From assembly GCA_024137785.1 (NCBI GenBank), contig JAHRHZ010000013.1, positions 10,973,577 to 11,037,576 on the forward strand: a stretch of 64,000 nt of DNA, given 5' to 3'. This DNA is from Ginglymostoma cirratum (Eukaryota). Below, piece by piece: positions 50,901 through 63,579 of this stretch. The translations under genes and the position numbers were made by a program. Position 1 is the first letter of the stretch, and each line of letters begins with the position of its first letter. The notes below the pieces were generated by a model. It saw only the letters and a program-made list of their open reading frames with translations, made no database searches and was not told the DNA's origin.

Positions 50901-51199
50901 GGAATGTGAAATGAAATCCATGAGTGCATTGTTTATTGTTGATGGGACACATCAGGTCCAATCTATTGACATTGTGCATATCCACATTGAAGTTTCCAGC
51001 TATTGTGGATACAGAAATTCAAGGTGCTCTGTAGGTTGTCGTGAAAATTACCTCAGGGCTTTTCCTCATCAAGTGCTGTAAATTAGGCAGGTGCTCTAGA
51101 TTCACTGCGGGAAAGGGGTTTCCACTTTTTCTGCTCATGTTACAGCAGCGATCAGGATGAACTGAGACCAGGCAGCAGAACCCATGACAGTGATCGAGA

Positions 51200-51595
51200 A
51201 GGGGACATGTGGCACAGGGATTATGCTACTGGACTAATATGTAAAAGGCATGGAGGTAGGAGCTTTATACCCAAATGGCAAATGGAGAACTTATATTCAG
51301 TTAGTTAAATAAATCTGCAGCGGAAACCTGTCCAACAGTAGTGACCATGAAACTACAGAATTATTGGAAAAACTCACATAGTACACTAATGTCCTCAACC
51401 AAAAGAAGTCTTGCTGTCATTAACCTGGGGTCTGGCCTACATGAGACTCCAGACCAAAACAGGCTCCTTATAAAATGGCTTTGACACACAGTTATATTCA
51501 AGAGGTTTGTTCACCACCACCTTCTCAAAAGCCATTAGGGATGGGTAATAAATGCTGTTCTTCCCAGCAATGTCCACGTCCAATGCATTAATAAG
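51200..51595 (+). mobile_element. tRNA-derived SINE with LINE-shared tail (older subfamily)
   Basis: GTGGCACAGGGATTATGCTACTGGACTA head; GTCTGGCCTACATGAGACTCCAGACC body; TTAGGGATGGGTAATAAATGCTG tail. Confidence 0.7.
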
Positions 51596-51639
51596 GTAAT
51601 TGTCAAAATCAATCAGGGGAACCCACGAGTTGTGAGATC

Positions 51640-51945
51640 ATAGAGGATTTTAGCAGTGAACTAGATGAGAAATCAAAAGGCCTGAAACTAATACTGCAAG
51701 GGCCAGGGGAGTAAATATCACCTCAGCTGAAAATATAATTAATTAATAAATCTCAAATAAAATACAACACTCATTAATGATAATCATGATACGACAAATT
51801 TATCATAAAACCCTACCTGGTTCACAAATGTCTTAAAGATGGAGAAGTTTGACATACTTACCTAACCTGGCCTGTACATGGCTCCAGACCCATGGCAACA
51901 TGGTTAATTCTTAACTGAACTTTGAAGGGGCCCAGCAAGCCAGTG
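51640..51945 (+). mobile_element. Second degenerate copy of the same SINE
   Basis: CTGGTTCACAAATGTC...CCTGGCCTGTACATGGCTCCAGACCCATGGCAACATGGTTAATTCTTAACTG. Confidence 0.6.
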
Positions 51946-53379
51946 AGTTGGATCCAATTCCAACAAATCTAACCTTAACTAAGTTCTTGGAACAAACAGA
52001 AAACCCATAGACAGTGATTTTTAGTGCAATAAATTAGCCAAATTTATTAAGTAAATGATTTAAACAGTAATACTAAACAATTGGTAGTTACGAAAAAGCT
52101 GCTTTCCATTCTTTTTCTTTGAATTTGCCTGATGAAGGTGATGTCTGTGATATTTTCCCAGATGACCACACCCGGTACCTTCTGGAACTTGCTATTCCTA
52201 CCAATGCGGGGTAGTAGACAGGGGTTATTTGAGGTAATTTGCTGCCGTCATTCCACCTTTGTCTTTCCAGAGGGAAAAATCTGTAAAAGAAAAGTTATAC
52301 TCGGAAATGAACATATTGGGAGTACCGGAATTCCACCTTGTAGTACACATGAGGGATCAGGCTGATTTGTGTCATTTGCAAGTTTTACTGCTGTTTCCTT
52401 CATGGTTGGGCCTGTCTAGTAATTAATGGGAGAGGCTATATCACTGTAGAGCATCCATAGAAGAGGTATTGTTCTTAGATAGTAAGAAAATTCATTGCCT
52501 GTTAACAATAAGTACAAATTTGTTGGGTGAGGTATAATTACTTGAATCATAGGGAGCTTCTGCAAATCCACATGTACCCTTTGAAAGATGGAGTAGAACT
52601 CCTTGGGCTAAATTTTACCAGAAATCAGCTAAATCTCAATCTTGGTGAGCTTCTTAGAGAGTCTCTCTTCCGGAGCCTGAATGAGATTTCTCACATTAGT
52701 CTCCGAGACCTATCTCATTTCCTATGCACCACACTTCTGTGGCGCCCTGCTCAACCTGTCTTCCATCTCACCAGAGCTGGAAGTATTCATCCCTGCTGGG
52801 ATTTCTGGTGCCAGTGCCATTTTTAAAGCCCAGGAACGTTCCATGTTCCAGTAACTTGCTGCCGATCACAGTGCACGTAATGGGAGAGAAACCAATAACT
52901 AATGGTCCTCAGGGGACATAGGTGGCCTGGTTGATGCTTCATTAGAAATATAACGCCACCTTTGTAAATGTATTGCTATTTAAGAACCAAGCAACACAGA
53001 TTACCCACCATTAGCCTCATTCCATTTTAGAAACCTACCTAAAGGAGTGCTGCTCTTATACCAGTACCCGCTGCATCTGAATGTCTTCTCATTGTACAAT
53101 GTGGGATGATCACATACTGAATAGCCTTCAAATGGTTATAAATGTTCACTTTGAATCAGTAACAGCAAACATGAAGGAAAAACAAAGTATGAATTTGTCT
53201 CTGAGAACAGAAAGGGACTGCTTGCCTTTTAAGCAACAACAAATTTGCAGTCAATGAGTGCTCATTGCACCAAGCTCTCCTTTACTGGATCTAGATGTCA
53301 ATTTCTCCTGCTTGGCTTGTTGAGTCTGACTCATGTGACTCTATCATGTGAAAAGTGATGGTTCCCCTGCTCAATCTTC

Positions 53380-54300
53380 TTATCTTCCTCCTCAGAAGAC
53401 TGCTGCTGCTCTCCCAGCCCTTTTACCTGCTTCAGTTGTGTGGATCACAGCATGCGAGGATTGTGTGGCACACCCCCTCTAGAGCGTACTGCAACACCAC
53501 CCCCCAGATATGGAATTCTTTTTTCAGCAGCTCTGTTATCTACTCCACCTTGACCCTGTCAAAAAATGGGCCATATTATACCTACGCTCCAACGGTGTCA
53601 GGAGCTAGCATTATGGAGTAGCCATCAGCCATGGTCACAGGGAGTAGCCCTTGTTTCCTAGTAACAATCCTCATAATGCATCTGACTCTTGAAGCATGGC
53701 AGGAACATAGGAGCTGTCAAGGACAGATGCATCATGGAAAATCCCAGGGTCTTGGGCAAACTTCTAGGATGCAGTAACAATGCTCATAGATGACTTGCAC
53801 ATTGATGGAATGGGAACTTATTTTGTTCATGAAGTCTGCTACGCTCTGAGAGGGCACTCTCAATGCAATGTGTCTATATTGCATTGCACCTGGTAGATGC
53901 CAGTTACATTGGTAAAGATACTGGTCAGCTGTAGATCTGACTTCCACACACAGAGAAACTAGATGAACCGGTGTGATTTGTCACATACTGCATTGGTAAC
54001 AGTCTTAATAAATTTGTGGATAAGTTGTGAGATTGCACACAGATCCTCCATGGATCCTTTGAAGCAGTCAGTTATCACCTTGCTATCACCTTGACAGCCA
54101 CTGGGAAGGGAAGCCACCTTCAGCTCCCAGGACCAGGAGTTGGCGTTGTTCTACGACAGTGTCCCAGGACATGAGCAGTTTGCAGTAACACTGCACCTTG
54201 CTCATCTGCAGGAAATGGTATTGAGGACAATTGACGCTGGGCCTCTTGCACATCCTAGCGGGGAGAGGATCTTCACATGCTATCTCTTCACATGGAGGCC
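53380..54300 (-). pseudogene. PIF/Harbinger (HARBI1-like DDE) transposase pseudogene
   Basis: Across frameshifts: PGAMQYRHIALRVP...FMNKISSHSINVQVIYEH..ILEVC..PG.FHDASVL...LLLGNKGYSL*PWLM.TP...VE*ITELLK...VLQYALE.VCHTILACC.PHN. This matches the family motifs GAIDCTH / NRKGFHSINVQ / PGS.HD / LLGDKGYPL.PWLMTP / CCALHN. Confidence 0.88.
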
Positions 54301-54529
54301 ATTCAGAGATTGCTGCTACGCCTGGGCTTTCTGCAGCATCTGTTCATCCTCACTCTTTCTGTATCTCTGTTGCATCACAGCAGCAAAGACAATAACCCTG
54401 CTGTGATTGTACTTCCAATGATCCCATCTGGGCAATATAAGAAGCAGAACAACTCCTATTAAATGTGAGCAGTCACATCATTCACAAATGGCAGTTTAAT
54501 ATCATCTCTCACACAGTGAGACATTGTGG

Positions 54530-54785
54530 TTGGGGTAAGGTCATGGCAGAAGGTGCCACAAGCTCTAAAATTGTTGAACTCAATATTGTGTCCAGATGGC
54601 TGTAGAGTTCTTTATCTTCTGCATAAAAACCAATATTTTCCTATCTACCATCAGTTGTGAAGAAGGTTACCACGATCTGAAACATTAATTGATTTGTCTC
54701 CACAGTTGCTGACAGAACTGCTGACTTTTTCCAACAATTTCTGTCCCTGCTTCTGGCTTCCAGCATCTGCAGTTCTTTTGGTTTA
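54530..54785. mobile_element. Penelope-like fragment with inverted pLTR
   Basis: Antisense ORF end (CTAAAATTGTTGAACTCAATATT, as at 15150) joined to a sense pLTR (GTTGTGAAGAAGG...TGAAACATTAA...TTCCAGCATCTGCAGTTCTT). Confidence 0.6.
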
Positions 54786-55239
54786 ATATTTAGACAGACG
54801 GTCCTGTCTGATGTACGACCCGATCACTGATTGATCTCTGTGCAGCTCCCTGGCTTACCATGACTCCCTGGGAATGACTGGACCAGGACAGACCATGGCC
54901 CACCCTCCGCACTGTAGTGAGACAGACCCCTGACTCTTGAAGTCTCAAGTGGCTGGCTGACTGTGCCAGTTTGAAATTCCTCGTCATGTCAATAATCACA
55001 TTTCTGCTAATCTCATCCTATTTTCCCAACTGACGTGCCAATGCCTACATTGTTCACAGTCTGGGAAGATTCCCTTTTTGTCTCCATTCACTAACTCTGT
55101 GTGTCATCAGTAGAATGGGACATATGAAAGAAACATGAACATTAACATTATCTGAACTATTATCTTATGCAACATCATTCCCCAAGAATTTTTTTTCTCA
55201 ATGTTTAACATGTTAAACAATCATGTATATAACGTTATT

Positions 55240-58200
55240 GCACTTACAATACACCAAATCACTTACCTCCAAATTTCTGACTTTCCAAATGCAGGCTGTC
55301 TGGACATCGTACTATTTTCTCTTTATTCACTTTCTTCAGACTTGTAAGAATGATCGATCCCTTGCTTTAGTACTATTGACCCTTGTTATGATTTATGGAT
55401 CATTCTTCCATAGATTACCTTTTTTCTCTCAAATATCCTTTGTGGAGAGTATTGTTCTTCATAGATGGTGTTTTTGGTCTAATACCTAACCCGGAGGACC
55501 GTTAATCTCCTGACTTCCTGGAAGAACAATTGCTTTATTGAATGAATCATTTCTACCTTGTGGCATTCTGGATTTCTGGATCAAACAGTTTCTTATCCTT
55601 GACCACGTCTATGTTCTGTGGATGTTTGTCTGGCAGAAGTGACATTATATGCAGCTTCTCACCCTTGAGTTGTTGGCAGGATAGACGACCTCAGTCATTC
55701 ATGTTTAAGCTTTTCAGACTCACAGTCATGTTACTGGAAGATTGCTCAGAGCTATCTCAGTCCCTGGCATTGACTGTTCTGTTTTAGAAGACAGAGAGTT
55801 GAGTGTTTCCACCAGTTCTATGAAGTGTGTGACTTCCTCTGTGTTGACAATGTTAAACAGCTCTGTGCCAACATATAGGGTATGGCTTGATTCTTTGCTT
55901 TCTTTGAGTTCCACCTTAAGTCTGGGAAGCCCAGTGAAGACTTCCACTGGCTATCTTTTGACTGGTTGGTCAATAGTGATTTGATCATGAGCAAGTGCTT
56001 GGACAGCTGTTTGCTTCCGGACCAGTTGTAATCTGGGAGGTTGTCAACTTTTCCCAACTCTTCTGATGAACATGATACCGAGACATGCATCCAGGCTGAA
56101 ATGTAAAGTTGGTTGACTGTGAACAACAAACATATTTTCAACTCTTTTATGTGCATCCCAGTGTAATATAATTCGCAGATTCCTGTGCTTCTGATAGTTA
56201 TTCCATCTGTGCCATCTCATCTTACCTCTTTTATTCTTTAGCCTTGGAAATTGGCTGGATAGGACAAGAACACTTGCTCCTGTATCAGGCACAAAATCAA
56301 CAAGATGCCCATTGGCAAAGATAAGTTCTGCTTTTCTGTCTCCTCAGTGTCATTAGTACCTCCAGGAATGCCTCAGGTATCTCCTTCAGGGGAGATAATA
56401 TATGAAAATGCAGGCATCTTTTCCATTGATAGCGGGTGTTCTACTGTGTGGGCTGCTTAGCATATGTAACAACTAATACTTCTGCTTTCATGAGACTGTG
56501 TCTTACATCTGAACATCTTCTCAAAGTGACCTACAGTTCTATAAATGTAGCAAACCTTAGTGATGGCTGAACATTGCCTTTCCCTTTGGTGTCACTTAGG
56601 GCTGACACTGATTTTTTTTATGTCATTGGGTTTTTGGCTTGTTCTCTTTATAAGCTTGTCACATATCACTTTATAGTGTCCATACCATATAGAGTAAATA
56701 GAATCTGTTTCCACCTTGAAGGTGTGTGATCTTGTCCTCTCAAAAGGTCTGTGAGTCTTTCTGATTTCTATTTCTAACACGATTCAAATAACTTCCTCTA
56801 ACATTAGGTCTTCCTTGTACCAGAAGAAATCTGACAAAGTTTCATCAAGAAATCTAACAACAAACATCTCTTATGGATTCTGATTTCAAAACTCCACATT
56901 CACAGATTTCCACTGATCTGAAGAAGCAATTAGAGTCGTAGAGTCATTGAGTTGTACAGCGTGGAAACAGACCTTTTAGTCCAACTCCATGCCAACCAGA
57001 TATCCTAAATTAATCTAGTCCTATTTTCTGGCATTTAGTCCATATCCCTCTAAACCCTTCCTATTCATATACCCATCCAGATGCCTTTTAAATGTTGTAA
57101 TTGCGCTAGCCTCCACCACTTCCTCTGGCAGCTCATTCCATACACGCACTACATTCTGTGTGAAAAAGTTGTCCCTTAGGTCCCTTTTAAATCTTTCCCC
57201 TCTCACCTTAAATGGATGCCCTCTAGTTTTGGACACCCTGCATTAGATAAATATGAGGTGCAGCATTTTGGAAGGGCAAATCAGGGCAGAATTTATACAC
57301 TCAACGGTAAGGTGCTGACAAGTGTTGCTGAACACAAAGACCTTGGAATGCAGGTTCATAGTTCCTTGAAAGTGGAGTCACAGGGAGACAGGGTAGTGAA
57401 GAAGGCATTTAGTACACTCGCCTTTATTCATCAGTGCAATGAGTATATTAGTTGGGGGATCATGTTGAGGCTGTACAGGATATTGGTTCGGCCACTTTTG
57501 GAATACTGTGCGCAATTCCGGTCCCCTGCTATAGGAAGGATGTTGTGAAACTTGAAAGGGTTCAGAAAAGATTTACAAGGATGTCACCAGGTTTGGACGG
57601 TTTCATCTATAGGGAGAGGCTGCATAGGCTGGGGTTATTTTCCCTGAAGCTTCAGAGGCTGAGGGGTGACCTTATAGAGATTTATAAAATTAATGAAGTT
57701 ATTTATGGATTAACCTAGAAGTTGAACTTTTTGTTAAATCTTACTCATTTAAGAATTGTATTTGTTCTTAAACTGAAATAATTTTCAAAAGCTTTTATGG
57801 CATTTTTAAAAGTGCATGTATTCTCTGCGATGCTGTGTCTGTTAATAACATTATCTGCAATCAGACCCACTGAACATAAACATGTATTTTTATGATTGGC
57901 TTCAGTCTTACTGTTTCACATTGAGGCAATGACTTATCTTAATAATTGCAGCCTCCATAACATCCAAACATGTTCTGTGATCTTGAATCTACCAAGAAAT
58001 TTTAACTCTTTTTACATTTCTTTTCAATGTATTTATTAATTGTGTTGCTGTAAATGTATTTTAAATCTGTATCATTTCAAGATTGCTTTAAATTTAGTGT
58101 TCTTTAAGCTTGTATTCTCGTATTCATCGACTCTGTTTTAAACTGAATGAGTGTAGAACTTACTAGACTCTGTACAACATTTTCTTTGTCCGCCAGTTTT
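55240..58200 (-). mobile_element. Decayed Gypsy LTR retrotransposon (gag-PR-partial IN), split by a CR1 insertion
   Basis: Gag W.LW..Q..R..IAS...CSVG.IADNV...AFENYF.LR.NTI...RFN | FIN.FFR.VE.CECG.LK.E.IRD.FVV...EDLMLEEVI; knuckle AITKVCYIYRTVGHF; protease PDTGASVLVLS; EVFTGL; VRSCI*C. PBS-like TGGCGGACAAAG at 58184-58195 (minus). Confidence 0.82.
56933..57687 (-). mobile_element. CR1/HER1 LINE insertion with inverted 5' segment
   Basis: 56933-57240 (minus) = SKTRGHPFKV...end and tail; 57241-57687 (plus) = DKYEVQHFG...LRGDLIEIYK; AATTA on both flanks. Confidence 0.92.
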
Positions 58201-58261
58201 TTAAAGTCGGAATTGCTGTTCTATTGTTTCAAGTTCTTCAATAAAGTTTTCAATGTGTTAC

Positions 58262-58333
58262 AGACAGAAAAACGCAACAGGTCTGGCAGCATCTGTAGAG
58301 AGAGGGAGACATGTATGACTCTTCTTCAGAACT
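58262..58333 (-). mobile_element. Penelope-like pLTR fragment
   Basis: CAGGTCTGGCAGCATCTGTAGAGAGA...GACTCTTCTTCAGAAC. Confidence 0.6.
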
Positions 58334-58786
58334 TCGGTAGGTTGTGGTATTTATTGCCTCTGTCAGGGTGTGATGCTGAGAATGGGTTCTTTGAAGCAAT
58401 TCACTGTCACCAATCCTCTTTTGTCTTTGCTTTGTCTTGGGCACATCCATTGTTTAGTGGCAGAGGATATACCAGTGTAGAAAGGGAACCATTCTTAGAT
58501 AACAAGAAGGCTTCTAGTATGTCAGTAAGAAGTATGTCTACATGTAGTCATGCATTGTACTGGGATCTTAGTGAGTTGGTACAGGTGTCTCAGGGTGGGC
58601 TCGATGTAACGTGGTCATTAACACATTCAGGACCTTTCACAACATGAATGCATCTCAAGTCTGCAGAAAGTAGGAATTCTTTAGCAATATTTGGTCAACT
58701 GTGCATGGCGGTGAAGTCCACCTGCAAATCCTATATTGTTTTGTTCACAATTAGTTAGCCTGCTGACAAGTGGTCACGTGGGAAAA

Positions 58787-58885
58787 CACTTTCCTGCTCC
58801 TCTGATGCTGCCTGGCCCGTTGTGTTCCTCCAACTCCACACTGTGTTATCTCTGACTCCAGCATTGGCAGTTCTGACTATCTCTG
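58787..58885 (+). mobile_element. Penelope-like pLTR fragment (no ribozyme core)
   Basis: ACTTTCCTGCTCCTCTGATGCTGCCTGGCC...CTCCAGCATTGGCAGTTC..ACTATCTC, same as 43615-43670. Confidence 0.8.
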
Positions 58886-60206
58886 AGTGAGAGATGTGAG
58901 TAACGCCTGAAAAGATGCAGTCACCTTTTAACCTACTGGTACTTCACCGAAGTGGCTATTTTAAAAATATTATTATCAGGCTATTTAGCTAAGAGGAATG
59001 TTAAATAGTATACATGGACTGTCCCAGACCCAACTTTATACCCACTCAGTATGCATTAATAGTGCCTAATGTAGGAAGATGGAAACAGGAACAAAACTGG
59101 AGGAAAAAGTGCTACACCTGGGAAAATTGATAAATGTGTGCAATAAACAACAAGAGATTATTTTCCTGCTGCAATGATACATTTAATCTCTCCATATCCT
59201 AACTAAATGATTAAAAGATGTAGTTAAAGGTTTTATTTCATTGCACAATGTGAAAAATCAGAATCAAATAACAAGATGAAACATGTAAACAGTGTGCAAC
59301 TTCAATTTTACATCAACATCAATTATTAGATTCTTTGGACTACATTCAATAGCTTTTTGGAGCACAATTGATGATAAAATCAATTATATCTCTTGTGAGA
59401 GCTGAACTTATAAACCTGCAGACAATGCACTTAAAACACAATTCTGGTCATGGCAGTGACCAAAATCTTCACCTCTATCAATGTAGAAAATTAATATCAC
59501 CTTTATTTTGCATTTGTTCTTCCCTATTTAAATGTCTTATTTATTTCTTTTTATTAATTTATTAATAATTTATTCTATTAATTTATTTTCCCTATATCCA
59601 TAATGGCTTTCTTTTCTTTACATAAATCACACTACATCACATCTCTTTTCTCACCATTGATTTTTCGGAATTACTTTAATTGATTTTCTTTACTCAGTCA
59701 TTCTCGCTTGTTTTCATTCTTCAATCTCTCAAATTCCTCATACAATAACTTGCACAGCAGCGAGAAGTAGATGTGTCTATATCTGCACCAGAGAGACAAC
59801 ATATTTCGATCTTTGCTATCTAATCCTTGCCACTTTTTGATTGATCGTTACTATTTTCAGTGGATATTGGAATAATTTGTCATGATTGCAAATCACTTAA
59901 GTGACGCATATTTGACAATGATCAGTAAAATGATCTGCACTTAGGGAGATATGACAAGCATTCCTAAGTTTCTTACCAATTTCATTGTCCAGTCTGGTAC
60001 CCATTGATACAAGTTCAGTCCTTGATCTATGTTAACAAATTTCAGGATGAACAGCATTATGGGTGCTACACTTGGTTCTCGAGTTAGTAGAAGTGGAGGG
60101 TGGAGGAGGCAAAATCATCTAAGGTTCCAACATTGAACAACAATCTGTTGAGTCATGCTGGAATGTGTATGTTTCCAATTGTGAATGTGCCTGTGTAAAG
60201 GTGTTG

Positions 60207-60418
60207 CAGCCATTCTACCATATCTGTGAGAGTTCTGTTCCTGAGAACCCCTGCGAATGTTGAAATTCATGGGTGCGGAGTTCATTAAAAGTAGGTTAAA
60301 AAATTCGGATATGGCGTTTTTGCTGGCGGTTGTTGATTTTTTTTTGTTGTTAGTTTTGTTTAAGTGTGAACAAGCAAATTTACAATTCGGGATTTTGCGG
60401 ATATAAAGGATTTGTGGT
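60207..60418. mobile_element. Possible Tigger/pogo-type MITE
   Basis: Ends CAGCCATTCTACCATATCTGTGA and GCGGATATAAAGGATTTGTGG resemble decayed CAG..CCTC.TATCCGCG terminal inverted repeats; locally CpG-rich. Confidence 0.4.
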
Positions 60419-61469
60419 AAGGCAATTTTCCTCTATCCACAAATGCTACAGTGTTTTTCCAGATTTTTCTTTCTTATCTTGTACAAGTATTCATCTTCCA
60501 CTGGTTAGCTTCATTCCTTGCTCCCACGTCCGTACAATAAAAGGACTGTATAACAAATCAATTGGTCAGGCTTTGGAGAACAAGATTCTTAAAGCCACAT
60601 TACCACTAGTATAAAACAGTATTGTGCATTTCTGTTTCTAAATTCACATTTTAATACATCTGGGTGATAAAACTGAGAGAGGCTTACAATGCAACTACAG
60701 CATTTTGTAGCTGGAAAAGGGGTCATATTGTCTGCTGAGGTTTGATTGTCGGTACCAAAAAAATGCTGCCCTCTTGTATTCTGGATCAACCCATATAATG
60801 CAACCAGTTGTAACTTCAGATAGAACTAGTTGATTGTTCCCATGATTAATTCCTATAATTCCAATGATATTTCTTATTCGTTCCTGTGATGTAGTTATGT
60901 CAGTGCCAGCATTTATTGTCCCTAACTGCATTTGTAAAGTTAGTGCTGAGCCATGTTTTTAGGAATTATAATAATATGGATAATTCCCAAATGAGATGTT
61001 ATGATTAATATATTGTCTGTATTGTTTATGGAAACATTCTGAATTGTATAATGATCAATTATGCTGTTTACAGCTACAAAGGATACAAAGGGTTAAGTTC
61101 AAAAAAGGAACTGCTCTTCCCATAGAGAACCACTGCTGGTTGGTTCGGGGCCAAAACCTGATCTTGGTGTAAGTGAGTCTGGGAGTAGGTGGCCAGGCTA
61201 CATGTAGGCAGGTTTTGATGTGCAAAGCATAGGCAGCCCTTGAGAAGGTATGAAAGCAAGGACCCCAAGGAATGCAGACTCCAGCTTCACAGGAGGACAA
61301 GCCAGACAAGAGAAGACAAGGAACAGAACCATAAGATGGAATGAAAATATTTTTGCCTTCAATGAACTCCCTCCTGAGGATGAGTTCATGAGGGTGACAA
61401 TCTCTGATCCATATAGGACAGGACGTTTCCAGACAAGTTTCTGCGCAGATGCTTGCCCTCTTTTGCTGA

Positions 61470-61538
61470 TACAACTAAGGATGGGCAATAAATGTTGGCC
61501 CAGCCAGCAAGGCCCACATCCCAGGAGTGAAAAAAAAA
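61470..61538 (+). mobile_element. Very short 5'-truncated SINE/LINE tail
   Basis: CAACTAAGGATGGGCAATAAATGTTGGCCCAGCCAGCAAGGCCCACATCCCAGGAGTG followed by A8. Confidence 0.75.
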
Positions 61539-63579
61539 GTCTATCTTTTTTCCCTAACACAGTTAGTTATTTGTACTTCACTCAGCCCTCCTGAAACAGG
61601 TTATATAATCTGTGATGAAGTAAATGGTGCATGGTGCAGTGAAATGTTTAGCCCAGGATCTGAACAGCACATACTGTCCTCATTTTTGGAAGCATCTATT
61701 TGAAGGGAAGACTGTTACTTTGATTTCAGGATTGAACCCCATTGTAATGAATTGAGATATTAATGTTTAGTGATTTTACAATTTATATATCTCCATGTTA
61801 CTAAAATCGAAAGAGTGATCACAAAATTAATGAAGTGAGAATCTCCATTCGGTGGTAGAATCTTGCCTCCAAGTTTTCTGCGTCAAACTAAAATTCCATA
61901 AATAAATGCCGACAAAGGTGGCCATTCCACATCACTGTATGTGACTGTACATTTTAGTACATTATCAATGAACGTTTTGATTGTGGGGGTTACTCAGTCA
62001 CAGAGAGTGAGCCATGCTAGACCCTGCTGGTGGGTGTAGAGGCATTTACCTCCTTGACCAAGCAGCCATCATCTGGAGATGGAGCTAATGGCTTATCCGA
62101 AGATTTGATGAACTGCTTGAGCACAGGTGATGCTGAGGTTCTCAGTGTTAGTATCAGATTTAAAGTGTCAACATACCACCTTGAAGAGATGAGTCATCTG
62201 CTCACCCTCCAGCCTCAGGTAAAGCCAGAAATGGGCAGATTGCAGGTAGGCTTGGGTTAAGAATCTGCTTCTTAAAAACTTAACCTTCCATATAACCTTT
62301 TACTTGTTCATGGAATGTGGTGCTCACTCCTTGTGCCAGCATTCGATGGTCATCCTTAATTGCCCTTGACACAGTAAGCTGCTCCATTTTCAGCTATGAA
62401 ATGCTGTGCTCACATCAGTAGCTGGCCTTAACTTATTACCCCAGAAATGCATTTTTTTAAACTTACCTCACACAGTTAGTTGGTGCGCGGGATCAAGAGG
62501 ACAAACCTGTTGGTGTTGTGAAGAAGTTATTTGCAGAGTGAAGTACGTGTTCATCGCTGAGGCCAGTGCCATTTAAATTAGATATCCTGGTGCCACTTCA
62601 GCTGGTTAGATTGTGTGGACTCAGGATCGAGCTACTTCCCAGGCTTCTCATGCACCCCAGTGATGCCCAAATGAGTGCCATTTTGAAGTGGTCAAATCAC
62701 GTCAGAAGTAACTGGCAGTGCCATATGCCCCACTGAAACAATATGAAGGATATGAATTACATGGCCAGTGCTTTGCAGCAAGTTGTTTCTTTTTAAATAG
62801 TGAGGAATGTCTGCAAGGACACAGAATATTTAAGTAAGCAACACATCTTTCAGACTGCTATGCAATATTTATGATATGATCTGAATCATTCAAATGCAAT
62901 ATGTTTGTAATCAACACATCATTTGTTTTGAGTCTGCAGATAGTTTATTTAAACACAAGGCCCCTTTTAGATACTTTTGTGGGGTCACACACATATGGTA
63001 AGTTAAAGGAATGGACTTGTGCATGGCCTACACAGTGATTTTACAGTTGCTAAGCAGCCATGCAGTTTAGAAGGAACCTTATTTGTCCCATTCTGTCAGT
63101 TTTCTGTTATTTTACGCAGGGTATAGGTTCTGCTTTGGGTGTGACTGAGAAACTGCACACATAATCCACTTCAAATTGTTCTGCTTAGGTTATACTTTGA
63201 GTTCCTGCAAACAGTAATTTGCACAATCACAAGAAGAGGACAGGAAATTTACATCCTCATGTTTTTGCACAGGTTGGTGATCTGTTGGTGTCCCATCCCA
63301 TTGAGACAGATGGCATCCAATTTTGGACTAGATTTTTAATCTGGGGTCAGGTACCTGATCCAGAATCATTTTATGGCCCCACCCTACATCAACATCAGTG
63401 ATGTTAGCGTGATTTTTAAATCCAACAAGACTGATTAATCTAGGATGAGTTTAGCTCTCCATTAGCAATATGAGGAGTGACCTGGAAAAGGGGCATTGTT
63501 ACTGAGTGAAAAGGCAAACAGAAGCCCATGACTGGCATTCACAGATACAACAGGGAACTCAAAGGGTTCATCAGAGCTC

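Noticed and set aside
58147-58647. 166-aa ORF
   Set aside because: It runs antisense across a Gypsy leader/LTR and a PLE fragment, with no domain motif.
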